The position numbers and the translations under genes are program-made. The notes beneath the pieces are model-generated. The model had not been told where the DNA came from. It searched no databases and saw nothing but the letters and a program-made list of their open reading frames with translations. A DNA stretch of 64,000 nucleotides. Origin: a bacterium. GTDB taxonomy: Bacteria > Zhuqueibacterota > Zhuqueibacteria > Residuimicrobiales > Krinioviventaceae. The stretch covers positions 3,200,001 to 3,264,000 of the forward strand of contig CAXXMD010000003.1 of NCBI GenBank assembly GCA_963675755.2, in the 5' to 3' direction. Below, in pieces: positions 45,866-55,165 of the stretch (position 1 is its first letter; each line of letters opens with the position of its first letter).

Positions 45866-47920
45866 ATGAATTGGAAAGACCTGAAATTAAGTGGAAAATT
45901 CGGTGTCGGGTTTGGGGTTGTGCTGGTATTGTTGGCCGTAGTTGGTGTATGGGCCATAATTGGAATTAGTGGAATTGTAACTAACGCAAGTGAAGTTATT
46001 GGTGGAAATAAACTCAAAGCGGAAATGGAAGGTAGAATTGTAGACCATTTAAACTGGGCGGAGGAATTAAACCGGTACATGTCTGACAAAACCATGACTA
46101 AAATGACAGTGCAAACTGATGCACATCAATGCGCTTTTGGTAAATGGTATTATAGTGATGCCCGTAAACAGGCTGAAGCATTGGTGCCTGAATTAAAAGA
46201 GGTTTTTACAGAAATTGAAGAGCCTCATACCCATTTACATGAATCTGCAATTGAAATTAATGATTTGTTTGTACGAGCAGATTTGGAGCTGGGAAATTTT
46301 TTACGAGAGAAAAAGACTGATCATTTAGCTTGGGCCCACAGTGTTAAAGATGTTTTTGTAAACACATCTCTAACTACGATAAACGCACAAATGGATCCTA
46401 CTCAGTGTTCTTTAGGAAAATGGATGTATTCAGATGAGGTAAAAGAATTAAAACGTCAATATCCTGAATTAGCTGAATATTTGGATGCTTTGGACAAGCC
46501 TCACAGGGAATTGCACAACAGTGCAAGAGAAATTCAAAAATTCCTCGGAAATAACAAAAGAACACAAGCAGCATCATTTTATATGGAGAATACAAGTCCT
46601 TTAGCCAGTGAATGTCTTACCAGAATAGATAAAATACTTGAATGGCAGGATGATAGAGTAGCGCAAATGAATGTTGCCAAAGATGTATATGTTGACAAAA
46701 CAAGTCCCAGTTTACATACTGTACAGTCGTTATTAACAAAAGCAGTTGACATTACAGATGAAAATGTAATGACTGATGATGAGATGCTCAGCGCTGCTGT
46801 TAATACCCGTACTGGTGTTATCATTTTTGGCTTACTAGCAATTCTGTTTGGAATAGGATTGGCAATTATCATTGCCAAAGGTATTATTAATCCTATTTCT
46901 AAAGGAGTTGATTTTGCCAGGATTGTATCTGAGGGCGATTTAACTGCTACAATTGATGTGAATCAAAAAGATGAGATTGGTTTGTTAGCTGCAGCTCTCC
47001 AAAATATGGTTGAGAAATTAAGCAATGTTGTTGCAGAGGTACGATCTGCATCAGATTATGTATCTTCCGGGAGTCTGGAATTAAGTTCAAGTGCCCAGGA
47101 ACTATCTCAAGGTGCCAGCGAGCAGGCTGCTGCAGCTGAAGAGGCATCTTCTTCCATGGAAGAAATGAGCTCAAATATTCAGGCTAATTCTGATAATGCT
47201 CAGCAGACTGAAAAAATTGCAATAAAAGCATCTCAGGATGCCGAAGCAAGCGGCAGGGCAGTTTCTGAAACTGTTCAAGCAATGAACGAAATTACCGAGA
47301 AAATATCTGTTATTGAAGAAATTGCAAGACAGACTGACTTGTTGGCATTGAACGCTGCTATTGAAGCTGCAAGGGCAGGTGAACATGGTAAAGGTTTTGC
47401 AGTTGTAGCAGATGGAGTTAGAAAACTTGCTGAACGCAGTCAACAAACCGCAGCAGAAATTAGTGATATTGCACGTTCAAGCGTTGATGTTGCACAAAAA
47501 GCCGGCGAAATGTTGGATCAACTGGTTCCGGATATTAAAAGAACTGCAGATCTGGTTCAGGAAATAAATGCTGCAAGTATTGAACAAACCGCAGGCGCTG
47601 AACAAATTAACAAAGCTATTCAACAGCTCGATCAGGTTATTCAGCAAAATGCATCTGCAGCTGAAGAAATGTCTTCTACATCTGAAGAACTTGCAGGTCA
47701 GTCAGAACAATTACAAAGCACAATAGATTTTTTCAAAGTAAATCAGCACACAACCCAACAGAGAATGACTGTCAAAGCCAAGGCCAAGGTCGCTCATATT
47801 AAAGGTGGGAAAAATGGTTCCAGCTCTAATGGGAATGGTGAACATTATTCCGGAGTTGATATAAATTTAGACATGTCTTCAGGTGGCGACAAGCTGGACA
47901 AAGATTTTGAAAGGTTTTAA
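45866..47920 (+). CDS. Methyl-accepting chemotaxis protein: TM - 2x CZB - TM - HAMP - signalling domain - C-terminal pentapeptide
   Basis: HLNW..CAFGKW..H..LH and HLAW..CSLGKW..H..LH; QTDLLALNAAIEAARAGEHGKGFAVVA; ends DFERF. Confidence 0.93.
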   Translation: MNWKDLKLSGKFGVGFGVVLVLLAVVGVWAIIGISGIVTNASEVIGGNKLKAEMEGRIVDHLNWAEELNRYMSDKTMTKMTVQTDAHQCAFGKWYYSDARKQAEALVPELKEVFTEIEEPHTHLHESAIEINDLFVRADLELGNFLREKKTDHLAWAHSVKDVFVNTSLTTINAQMDPTQCSLGKWMYSDEVKELKRQYPELAEYLDALDKPHRELHNSAREIQKFLGNNKRTQAASFYMENTSPLASECLTRIDKILEWQDDRVAQMNVAKDVYVDKTSPSLHTVQSLLTKAVDITDENVMTDDEMLSAAVNTRTGVIIFGLLAILFGIGLAIIIAKGIINPISKGVDFARIVSEGDLTATIDVNQKDEIGLLAAALQNMVEKLSNVVAEVRSASDYVSSGSLELSSSAQELSQGASEQAAAAEEASSSMEEMSSNIQANSDNAQQTEKIAIKASQDAEASGRAVSETVQAMNEITEKISVIEEIARQTDLLALNAAIEAARAGEHGKGFAVVADGVRKLAERSQQTAAEISDIARSSVDVAQKAGEMLDQLVPDIKRTADLVQEINAASIEQTAGAEQINKAIQQLDQVIQQNASAAEEMSSTSEELAGQSEQLQSTIDFFKVNQHTTQQRMTVKAKAKVAHIKGGKNGSSSNGNGEHYSGVDINLDMSSGGDKLDKDFERF

Positions 47921-47928
47921 TTAAAATT

Positions 47929-47962
47929 AACTCTCCCTAAAATTTTTGGGGAGAGTTTTTTT
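47929..47962 (+). terminator. Intra-cluster Rho-independent terminator or stabilising hairpin
   Basis: aactctcccta...tggggagagtt stem followed by a T-run, between the MCP and cheR. Confidence 0.8.
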
Positions 47963-47998
47963 GATTTTTGGTAGAGAACACATAAACAGGACCGACAA

Positions 47999-48826
47999 TT
48001 GTTTCAGTTAACATCCAAAGATTTCAGACGTCTGAGCACTTTTATTCAGGATGGATATGGAATAAAAATGCCAGATACAAAAATTACCATGTTGCAATCT
48101 AGATTGCAAAAAAGATTACGTTTGTTGGGTATGAATTCATTTTCTGATTATTGTGATATGATTTTTTCTTCTGAACAGGGGAAAAATGAATTGGTGCATA
48201 TGATCGATGCGGTCACAACAAACAAGACTGATTTTTTCCGTGAACCAGCTCATTACCAGTATTTGACCAATACTGCATTACCTGATTTGATTACTCGTAA
48301 GGAAAATAGAAATATCAATGTATGGAGTGCGGGGTGTTCGACTGGAGAAGAACCCTATACGTTGGCAATGGTGCTGGATGATTATTTGTACAATGAACAT
48401 TATACTTTTTCAATTTTAGCAACTGATTTATCATCGCGAGTGTTGGAAACAGCTCGAATGGCAATATATGATGAGAGTAAAGTTGCCCCGGTTCCTTATG
48501 AAATGAAAAAGAAATACCTGCTCAAAAGTAAGGATAGAACAAGTCAACAGGTAAGAATTGTACCGGAATTACGATCAAAGGTCCAATTTAAATCTTTGAA
48601 TTTTATGGATAGGGAATTTAGATCAATAAACACAACTTTTGATCTCGTATTTTGCAGGAATGTTATCATTTATTTTGAACGAGATATTCAGGCGGATATT
48701 ATTGGAAAACAGGTGAAATTTTTAAACCCCGGAGGTTATTTGTTTTTGGGCCATTCTGAAACATTGTTTGGTTTAGATTTGCCTTTAAAACTTGTAGCTC
48801 CAACGATTTACAAAAAAATCAGATAA
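47999..48826 (+). CDS. cheR: Chemotaxis methyltransferase
   Basis: TTNKTDFFRE, WSAGCSTGEEPYT, ATDLS, FCRNVIIYF, GHSE. Confidence 0.96.
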   Translation: MFQLTSKDFRRLSTFIQDGYGIKMPDTKITMLQSRLQKRLRLLGMNSFSDYCDMIFSSEQGKNELVHMIDAVTTNKTDFFREPAHYQYLTNTALPDLITRKENRNINVWSAGCSTGEEPYTLAMVLDDYLYNEHYTFSILATDLSSRVLETARMAIYDESKVAPVPYEMKKKYLLKSKDRTSQQVRIVPELRSKVQFKSLNFMDREFRSINTTFDLVFCRNVIIYFERDIQADIIGKQVKFLNPGGYLFLGHSETLFGLDLPLKLVAPTIYKKIR

Positions 48827-48841
48827 TTACCAGAGATTGTT

Positions 48842-49912
48842 ATGAGAACCATTAAAGTTCTAGTTGTAGATGATTCTGCGGTTGTACGCCAGACCATGGA
48901 AAATATATTATCTTCTGATCCGGAAATTGAGGTTATAGGTACTGCGATAGATCCATATGTGGCAATTGAAAAATTACGACAGCAGGTCCCGGATGTTATT
49001 ACGCTGGATATAGAAATGCCAAGAATGGATGGGTTGACGTTTTTGAAAAAAATTATGTCTCAGCATCCTATCCCTGTGGTGGTTGTTTCCAGTCTTGCTG
49101 TTGATAATTCTGAAACCGCATTACGTGCTTTGGAATATGGTGCTGTTGATATCATCACCAAGCCCAAACTAGGAACTAAGCAGTTCCTTATGGAATCCAA
49201 AGTGCAATTGTGTGATGTTGTTAAAGCTGCCAGCAAGGCACGTCTTTCCAGGTTGAGTGAAAAATCCCGGGCAATAAGCCCTAAATTATCAGCAGATGTG
49301 ATCCTTCCCAAACCTGTAAAGCAGGGATTAATTGAAACTACTGAAAAAGTTGTGCTTGTTGGAGCATCAACAGGTGGAACTGAGGCTTTACGCGTGTTTT
49401 TAGAAGCACTTCCGCACGATACCCCCGGAATTGTGATTGTGCAGCATATGCCTGAACATTTTACCCGTGCATTTGCAGACCGTTTAAATAATTTGTGTAA
49501 CATCTCAATCAAAGAAGCCGAGAATAACGATACGGTTATCCGCGGCCGTGCTTTAATTGCGCCTGGTAATTTTCATACATTATTAAAGAGAAGCGGTGCA
49601 AGATATTATGTGGAAGTTAGAGAAGGCCCGCTGGTAAGCCGACACCGCCCATCTGTTGATGTATTATTTAGAAGTGGCGCTCGCTATGCCGGTCAGAATG
49701 CTGTTGGGATCATAATGACAGGTATGGGAAATGATGGTTCGGCTGGCATGTTGGAGATGAAAAACGCAGGGGCAATTAATATTGCGCAAGATGAAAAAAG
49801 CTGTATAGTTTTTGGAATGCCAAACGAAGCAATAAAAATAGGGGCCGTACATAAAACATTACCACTGGAATCTATTGCAGGTGCTATGATGAGCATTTGC
49901 AGGAACTCATAA
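48842..49912 (+). CDS. cheB: Chemotaxis methylesterase (REC + CheB)
   Basis: GASTGG, VQHMP, HRPSVD, TGMGNDG. Confidence 0.96.
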   Translation: MRTIKVLVVDDSAVVRQTMENILSSDPEIEVIGTAIDPYVAIEKLRQQVPDVITLDIEMPRMDGLTFLKKIMSQHPIPVVVVSSLAVDNSETALRALEYGAVDIITKPKLGTKQFLMESKVQLCDVVKAASKARLSRLSEKSRAISPKLSADVILPKPVKQGLIETTEKVVLVGASTGGTEALRVFLEALPHDTPGIVIVQHMPEHFTRAFADRLNNLCNISIKEAENNDTVIRGRALIAPGNFHTLLKRSGARYYVEVREGPLVSRHRPSVDVLFRSGARYAGQNAVGIIMTGMGNDGSAGMLEMKNAGAINIAQDEKSCIVFGMPNEAIKIGAVHKTLPLESIAGAMMSICRNS

Positions 49913-49934
49913 GTTTGCTGCCGGGAGGAACTAT

Positions 49935-50825
49935 ATGTCCCATTTATCAGATGATCAATTGTTAAAAGAGTTGGAAAACCGATTAAACGACCATAAAAAT
50001 ATGATCGCCAAAACCGGTTCTTTGATGGTTGAATTGGAATTATTAAATAAAAAGTTGATTGATTCAGAATCTTTAAAAAGTAATTTTTTATCAAATATTC
50101 GTAATGAAATTTTTAATCCCCTAAGTGTGATTTTGGGGTTGTCTCAAAATTTGATGGATAATTCCATTACTGATCCCCAAAAGATAAATGATATTGGATA
50201 TCTGCTTTTTAAAGAATCTTTTTCTTTACAGTTCCAGTTTAATAATATATTTCATGCAGCTGACCTTGAAGCGGGTGAATTTCAAATTGAACCTGTAAAA
50301 GTAGAGCTTGGCGCATTTATCCAATCTATTATTGAATCTTATGATCATCTATTAAAAGAAAAAAAGCTGGAATGTTGTATTGAAACGCAAAGTGAGGACA
50401 AGCAGTTTTTTGTATCAGATCCTGACAAGCTTTCAATTATTATTGTGAACCTGCTGGATAACGCTATAAAATTTAGTGAAATAGAAAGCAAGATTTTTCT
50501 AAATTATTCTGTAAAAGATAAAACATTATTATTGTCTATTCAAGATAGTGGTATTGGAATAGATAAAAAAGATCATTTAAATATTTTTGACAGATTCACA
50601 CAACTTGATTTTGGTTCTACAAAAAAACATCATGGTCATGGTTTGGGTTTATCACTGGTTAGAGAAATTGTAAAATTGATGGAAGGTGAGATCAAAGTAG
50701 AAAGTGAAACGGGAAAAGGCGCAAAATTTATTCTCATTCTTCCAGAGATTTTCATCGATCCTGATAAAGATTTATATTCATCGAGTTCAAATGAGGAATT
50801 TTTTGAGGCTGGTGAGATATTTTAA
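49935..50825 (+). CDS. Cytoplasmic HisKA-HATPase protein lacking the phosphoacceptor His
   Basis: H-box reads FLSNIRNEIFNPL; N, G1, F and G2 boxes are intact (NLLDNAIKF, DSGIGI, FDRF, GHGLGL). Confidence 0.85.
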   Translation: MSHLSDDQLLKELENRLNDHKNMIAKTGSLMVELELLNKKLIDSESLKSNFLSNIRNEIFNPLSVILGLSQNLMDNSITDPQKINDIGYLLFKESFSLQFQFNNIFHAADLEAGEFQIEPVKVELGAFIQSIIESYDHLLKEKKLECCIETQSEDKQFFVSDPDKLSIIIVNLLDNAIKFSEIESKIFLNYSVKDKTLLLSIQDSGIGIDKKDHLNIFDRFTQLDFGSTKKHHGHGLGLSLVREIVKLMEGEIKVESETGKGAKFILILPEIFIDPDKDLYSSSSNEEFFEAGEIF

Positions 50826-51314
50826 ATGGTTGAGCAGTTAAAAACCGACAATTATTATTTGTACCCGGGAGCAATTTTTGCAGATACATCCCCACATGTT
50901 GTTACTACCGTATTGGGGTCTTGTGTTTCCGTTTGCTTATGGGACCCTGTGAATAGAATAGGTGGTATTAACCATTACATGCTGCCATTTTGGAATGGGC
51001 ATGGTTTGGCTACTCCTCGTTATGGAAGTATTGCAATAGAAAAATTGTTGGAAAAAATGTTTGAATTGGGCTGTAAAAAAGAAAATTTAATTGCCAAAGT
51101 GTTTGGAGGGGCTAAAGTTTTAAACACAAAATCAAATTATCTGGATATAGGTAACAATAATATCAATATTGCAAAAAGTATTTTAGCACAAAAGAATATT
51201 CAGATTTTAAGTAATAGTACCGGTGGGGAACAGGGACGAAAATTAAAATTTTATACCGAGAGTGGTGTTGTACTGATGAAATTCTTAAACAAGTCATATT
51301 CAGATACCCCATAG
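50826..51314 (+). CDS. cheD: Chemoreceptor glutamine deamidase
   Basis: TTVLGSCVSVC, GGINHYMLP, AKVFGGA, GGEQGRK. Confidence 0.93.
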   Translation: MVEQLKTDNYYLYPGAIFADTSPHVVTTVLGSCVSVCLWDPVNRIGGINHYMLPFWNGHGLATPRYGSIAIEKLLEKMFELGCKKENLIAKVFGGAKVLNTKSNYLDIGNNNINIAKSILAQKNIQILSNSTGGEQGRKLKFYTESGVVLMKFLNKSYSDTP

Positions 51315-51324
51315 GAGTCGTCTA

Positions 51325-54300
51325 GTGTCTAAAGTTAAGCTTTTGCTTGTTGAAGATGAAATTATTTTTGCAATGGATATGAAGCAGAAACTGGAAAATG
51401 CCGGTTACTCTGTTTTAGGAATTGTTACCAATCTTCAGGAAACCATGTCTGCCATTCAGAATGAAGTTCCAAATATTATACTGATGGATATAATGCTGAA
51501 TGAGGAAGATGATGGTGTAAGCATTGCTAAAAAAATCAGGCAGAATTATTTTATCCCAATTATTTTTATTACTGCTTTTACAGACAAGGAAACATTTGAC
51601 AGGGCAAAAGAAACGATGCCTTATGGCTATATTCTAAAGCCAATATCTGAAAGAGATTTGTTTGTAACTATTGACCTTGCTTTGTATAAACATTCTATTG
51701 AACTACACCTGAAAGAGCGTGAAGAGTGGTTTGAAGCTACGCTTACCAGTCTGGGGGACGCAGTAATTACTACCGATTCAGATGGTTTTATTACTTATAT
51801 AAATCCTACTGCAACACAAATCACTCAATGGGAAACGAGTGATGCAATTGGCCAAAATGTTCTTGATATTTTTGATGTAACGGAATATTTAAATTCAAAT
51901 AAAGATAGTAAAGATTTCATGTTGGCAGATAATACTTTTAAAACATTAGAGTCAGAATTAAAGACAAAGTTTAATGAAAACGTACCTATAGAATTTAACA
52001 TCAAGCAAATTTCACGTGAAAAAATTTCAACCAAAGGATATGTGATTGTATTCCGGGACATATCTGATAGAAAAAAAGCAGCAAAGGCTCTTGTCAAGTC
52101 TGAAGAGAAATACCGTACACTTGTTGAGAATATGCATGAAGTATTGTTTCATGTGGATATGGATGGTAATGTAACGTACATAAGCCCGGTAATCCACAGA
52201 ATTACGGGGTTTTTGCCCAGTGATATTGAAGGTAAGCATTTTAGCACATTGCTTGAGGAGGAAAGTAAAGATGCCGCGCAAATGGTTTTTCAAAACACTC
52301 TTGATGGACACAATCAGCATTTAGAAAGCAGGATTGTTCATAAAAAAGGAATTATATTATTTGTAAAGATTGTTTGCCAACTCATCAAAAATGAAGGAAA
52401 AGTATCGGGTATCTCTGGTATTATTACAGATGTGTCTGAACAGAAAATTGCTGAAAAGAATTTAGAATATGAGCAGCATTTATTAAACACGCTTATGAAG
52501 CAATCTACAGATTTTATTTATTTTAAAGATAAAGAAGGCAAATTTATTAGAGTAAATGACAAAACATTGTCAAAACATCATTTGTCTTCATTTGAAGAAA
52601 TTATAGGAAAGACGGATAAAGATTTTTTTATAGACGAGTATGCAAAACATGCATCTGAAGATGAAAATACCATTATGGAAACAGGTATTGCTATTGAAAA
52701 CTATGAAGAAATGGAGACATCTCTTGATGGTACAACAACTTGGGTTTCAACATCAAAGATGCCGTTAACCGATTTACAAGGTGATATCATTGGTACATTT
52801 GGAATATCTCGTGATATTACTGAACTTAAAGAGGTATCGAATCAACTCGTTGAATCTGAAAAACGTTTCAAAGATCTTGCTAATCTCTTACCTCAAACAA
52901 TATTTGAAATGAATGATGGTGGGATTTTTACTTTTGTAAACCAGCACGGACTTTTAAAATTTAACTGCTCGGTAGAAGAATTAAAGAATGGTGTCAGTTT
53001 TATGGAGTATATTGTACCAGAGGAAAGAGACCGGGCTTTAATTAATTATGGTAAAAGAATAAGCAATAGGGATATTACAAACTCGGAATATAATGTTCAA
53101 CTAAAGGATGGTACACGATTCCCGGTTTCTGTCTATGCATCTCCAATCTTTAATGATAACAAGTTTTCAGGTATGCGTGGTATTATCATAGACATTACTG
53201 AACGTAAGCAAATGTTTGAGCAGTTGGAAAATGCCAAGCTGGCAGCTGAAAAAGCAAATAGTGCCAAAAGTGAATTCCTTGCCAATATGAGTCATGAAAT
53301 CAGAACCCCAATGAATGGTATCGTTGGGATGCTTGACTTGTTAAATGATTCGGTACTTGAAGAAAAAGAAAAACAATACTTGACTATTGCAGAAAAATCG
53401 GCAGAAACGCTTCTCAATATTATTAATAATATTCTCGATCTGTCAAAAATTGAAGCCGGTAAATTAAAATTGCACAGTAGTGAATTTAACCTTCGCATTC
53501 TTTTGGAAAATCTGGTTTCCATGCATCGTTTGTCAAAACGTAATGATAATATTGAGATTTCATTCATTATTGATCCTACAATTCCGGTTATCCTTGAAGG
53601 TGATTATGTCAGGTTGGAACAGATATTAAATAATTTGCTTAGTAATGCGGTAAAATTTACAAATCAGGGTAGTGTTAGATTAGAAGTGAAAAATAATGAT
53701 CTTGATTGGAAAGTCGATAAAGATCTTGATTTGCAAATTCAGGTTATTGATACGGGTATTGGAATTGAAAAAGAAAAACAAAAACTGGTATTTGATCATT
53801 TTACACAAATCGATAGTTCTTTAACAAAACAGTTCTCCGGTACTGGTTTGGGATTAACAATTTGTAAACAGCTTGTTAATTTAATGGGCGGTACCATGGA
53901 GCTGGAGAGTGAACCGGAAAGTGGAACGACTGTATTTGTTAATCTTGAATTAAAAGTAGCCGATTCCTTGAAACAGGTGGTATATAATAGCTATGTTGAT
54001 ATATTGCCTTGTTATGTCAAGGTAAATGATGTTAACGAACTTTATGAAATCATTGAACCATTTGATATCAAGGTATTAAAAGAAGAATCGGCTTTGAAAT
54101 CAAATGATGATTTAATAATAATAATTGAAAAGAATCTGTTGGATGGTATTAATGAGGCATTCCTGCCCAATCATAAATTAGTGATCTTGACAGATAAAAT
54201 TGACTCTAATCTCAATAAAGAATATGCCCAGGCAACTGTACTGCCTTTACAATTCAATAAATATGAATTATTGAAAATACTTTATGATTCCAGTCAAAAC

Positions 54301-55056
54301 AGTTTGCAAAAACCAAAGGTTGAAAATAATCATGAAATTGACAGAGTTGAAAGTGAAAATTATACGGATGGTTCATTAATCAATGTGCTTGTTGCGGAAG
54401 ATGATAAAGTAAACCAAATGGTTTTTGTGAATTTATTAAAAGATTATAAAGTGAATGTAACTCTGGCTCAGGATGGATATCAGGTCTTGGAAAAGTTAAA
54501 AACGGATTCATTTGATCTCATTTTAATGGATATTCAAATGCCCCGAATGAATGGCCTGGAGGCTATAAATATTATTCGCAACTCGACTGAAAAGAGTATT
54601 CCTGCTGATATTCCTATAATTGTGATTACGGCTTATGCATTAAAAGGAGACGAAGACAAGTTTAAACAAGCCGGTGCTAATGATTATTTGGATAAACCAA
54701 TTGACCGAAAACTGTTACTTGAAAAAATTATCAAATGGAGTGGCAAGATACTCGCTTCAAGTGCAGATAAACGTAAAAAGCCTGACTCTACTACAGAAAA
54801 AAAATCAAGCCCAAAGATTAAAGATTTTGATAAAATAGTTGAGACTATGGAAAATTTGATCATATCGTTGGAAAAGAATGATATCAAACGTGTCCAGGAA
54901 AAAGCCATTGCATTACGTGATATGATTAAAAAATCAGATCATGATTATTTATCGCGGTTGGGTTTCAGGTTAGAGCTTGCAGTTGTAAATCAAAATTATG
55001 CAAAAATTAAAACGATATTGATCGAAATGCAGGAATTTTTCAAAATGAATAGTTGA
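51325..55056 (+). CDS. Cytoplasmic hybrid histidine kinase: REC - 4x PAS - HisKA - HATPase - REC - degenerate Hpt-like tail
   Basis: N-terminal LVEDE/MDI; four PAS domains ending DIS/DVS/DIT; SHEIRTPMNG; GTGLGL; LVAEDD...LMDIQMP. Confidence 0.92.
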   Translation: MSKVKLLLVEDEIIFAMDMKQKLENAGYSVLGIVTNLQETMSAIQNEVPNIILMDIMLNEEDDGVSIAKKIRQNYFIPIIFITAFTDKETFDRAKETMPYGYILKPISERDLFVTIDLALYKHSIELHLKEREEWFEATLTSLGDAVITTDSDGFITYINPTATQITQWETSDAIGQNVLDIFDVTEYLNSNKDSKDFMLADNTFKTLESELKTKFNENVPIEFNIKQISREKISTKGYVIVFRDISDRKKAAKALVKSEEKYRTLVENMHEVLFHVDMDGNVTYISPVIHRITGFLPSDIEGKHFSTLLEEESKDAAQMVFQNTLDGHNQHLESRIVHKKGIILFVKIVCQLIKNEGKVSGISGIITDVSEQKIAEKNLEYEQHLLNTLMKQSTDFIYFKDKEGKFIRVNDKTLSKHHLSSFEEIIGKTDKDFFIDEYAKHASEDENTIMETGIAIENYEEMETSLDGTTTWVSTSKMPLTDLQGDIIGTFGISRDITELKEVSNQLVESEKRFKDLANLLPQTIFEMNDGGIFTFVNQHGLLKFNCSVEELKNGVSFMEYIVPEERDRALINYGKRISNRDITNSEYNVQLKDGTRFPVSVYASPIFNDNKFSGMRGIIIDITERKQMFEQLENAKLAAEKANSAKSEFLANMSHEIRTPMNGIVGMLDLLNDSVLEEKEKQYLTIAEKSAETLLNIINNILDLSKIEAGKLKLHSSEFNLRILLENLVSMHRLSKRNDNIEISFIIDPTIPVILEGDYVRLEQILNNLLSNAVKFTNQGSVRLEVKNNDLDWKVDKDLDLQIQVIDTGIGIEKEKQKLVFDHFTQIDSSLTKQFSGTGLGLTICKQLVNLMGGTMELESEPESGTTVFVNLELKVADSLKQVVYNSYVDILPCYVKVNDVNELYEIIEPFDIKVLKEESALKSNDDLIIIIEKNLLDGINEAFLPNHKLVILTDKIDSNLNKEYAQATVLPLQFNKYELLKILYDSSQNSLQKPKVENNHEIDRVESENYTDGSLINVLVAEDDKVNQMVFVNLLKDYKVNVTLAQDGYQVLEKLKTDSFDLILMDIQMPRMNGLEAINIIRNSTEKSIPADIPIIVITAYALKGDEDKFKQAGANDYLDKPIDRKLLLEKIIKWSGKILASSADKRKKPDSTTEKKSSPKIKDFDKIVETMENLIISLEKNDIKRVQEKAIALRDMIKKSDHDYLSRLGFRLELAVVNQNYAKIKTILIEMQEFFKMNS

Positions 55057-55165
55057 AAATCCACTGGGGGCACGGATTCATTTCTCACGATTCTGCAATT
55101 AATAACCTTTTGTAAAAAAAATAATTTGAAAAGCATGAATATTTGGTTATTTTAAATATTAAATA

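Noticed and set aside
55057-55080. Terminator after the hybrid kinase
   Set aside because: Only a 5-bp stem (aatcc/ggatt) and no clean U-tract.
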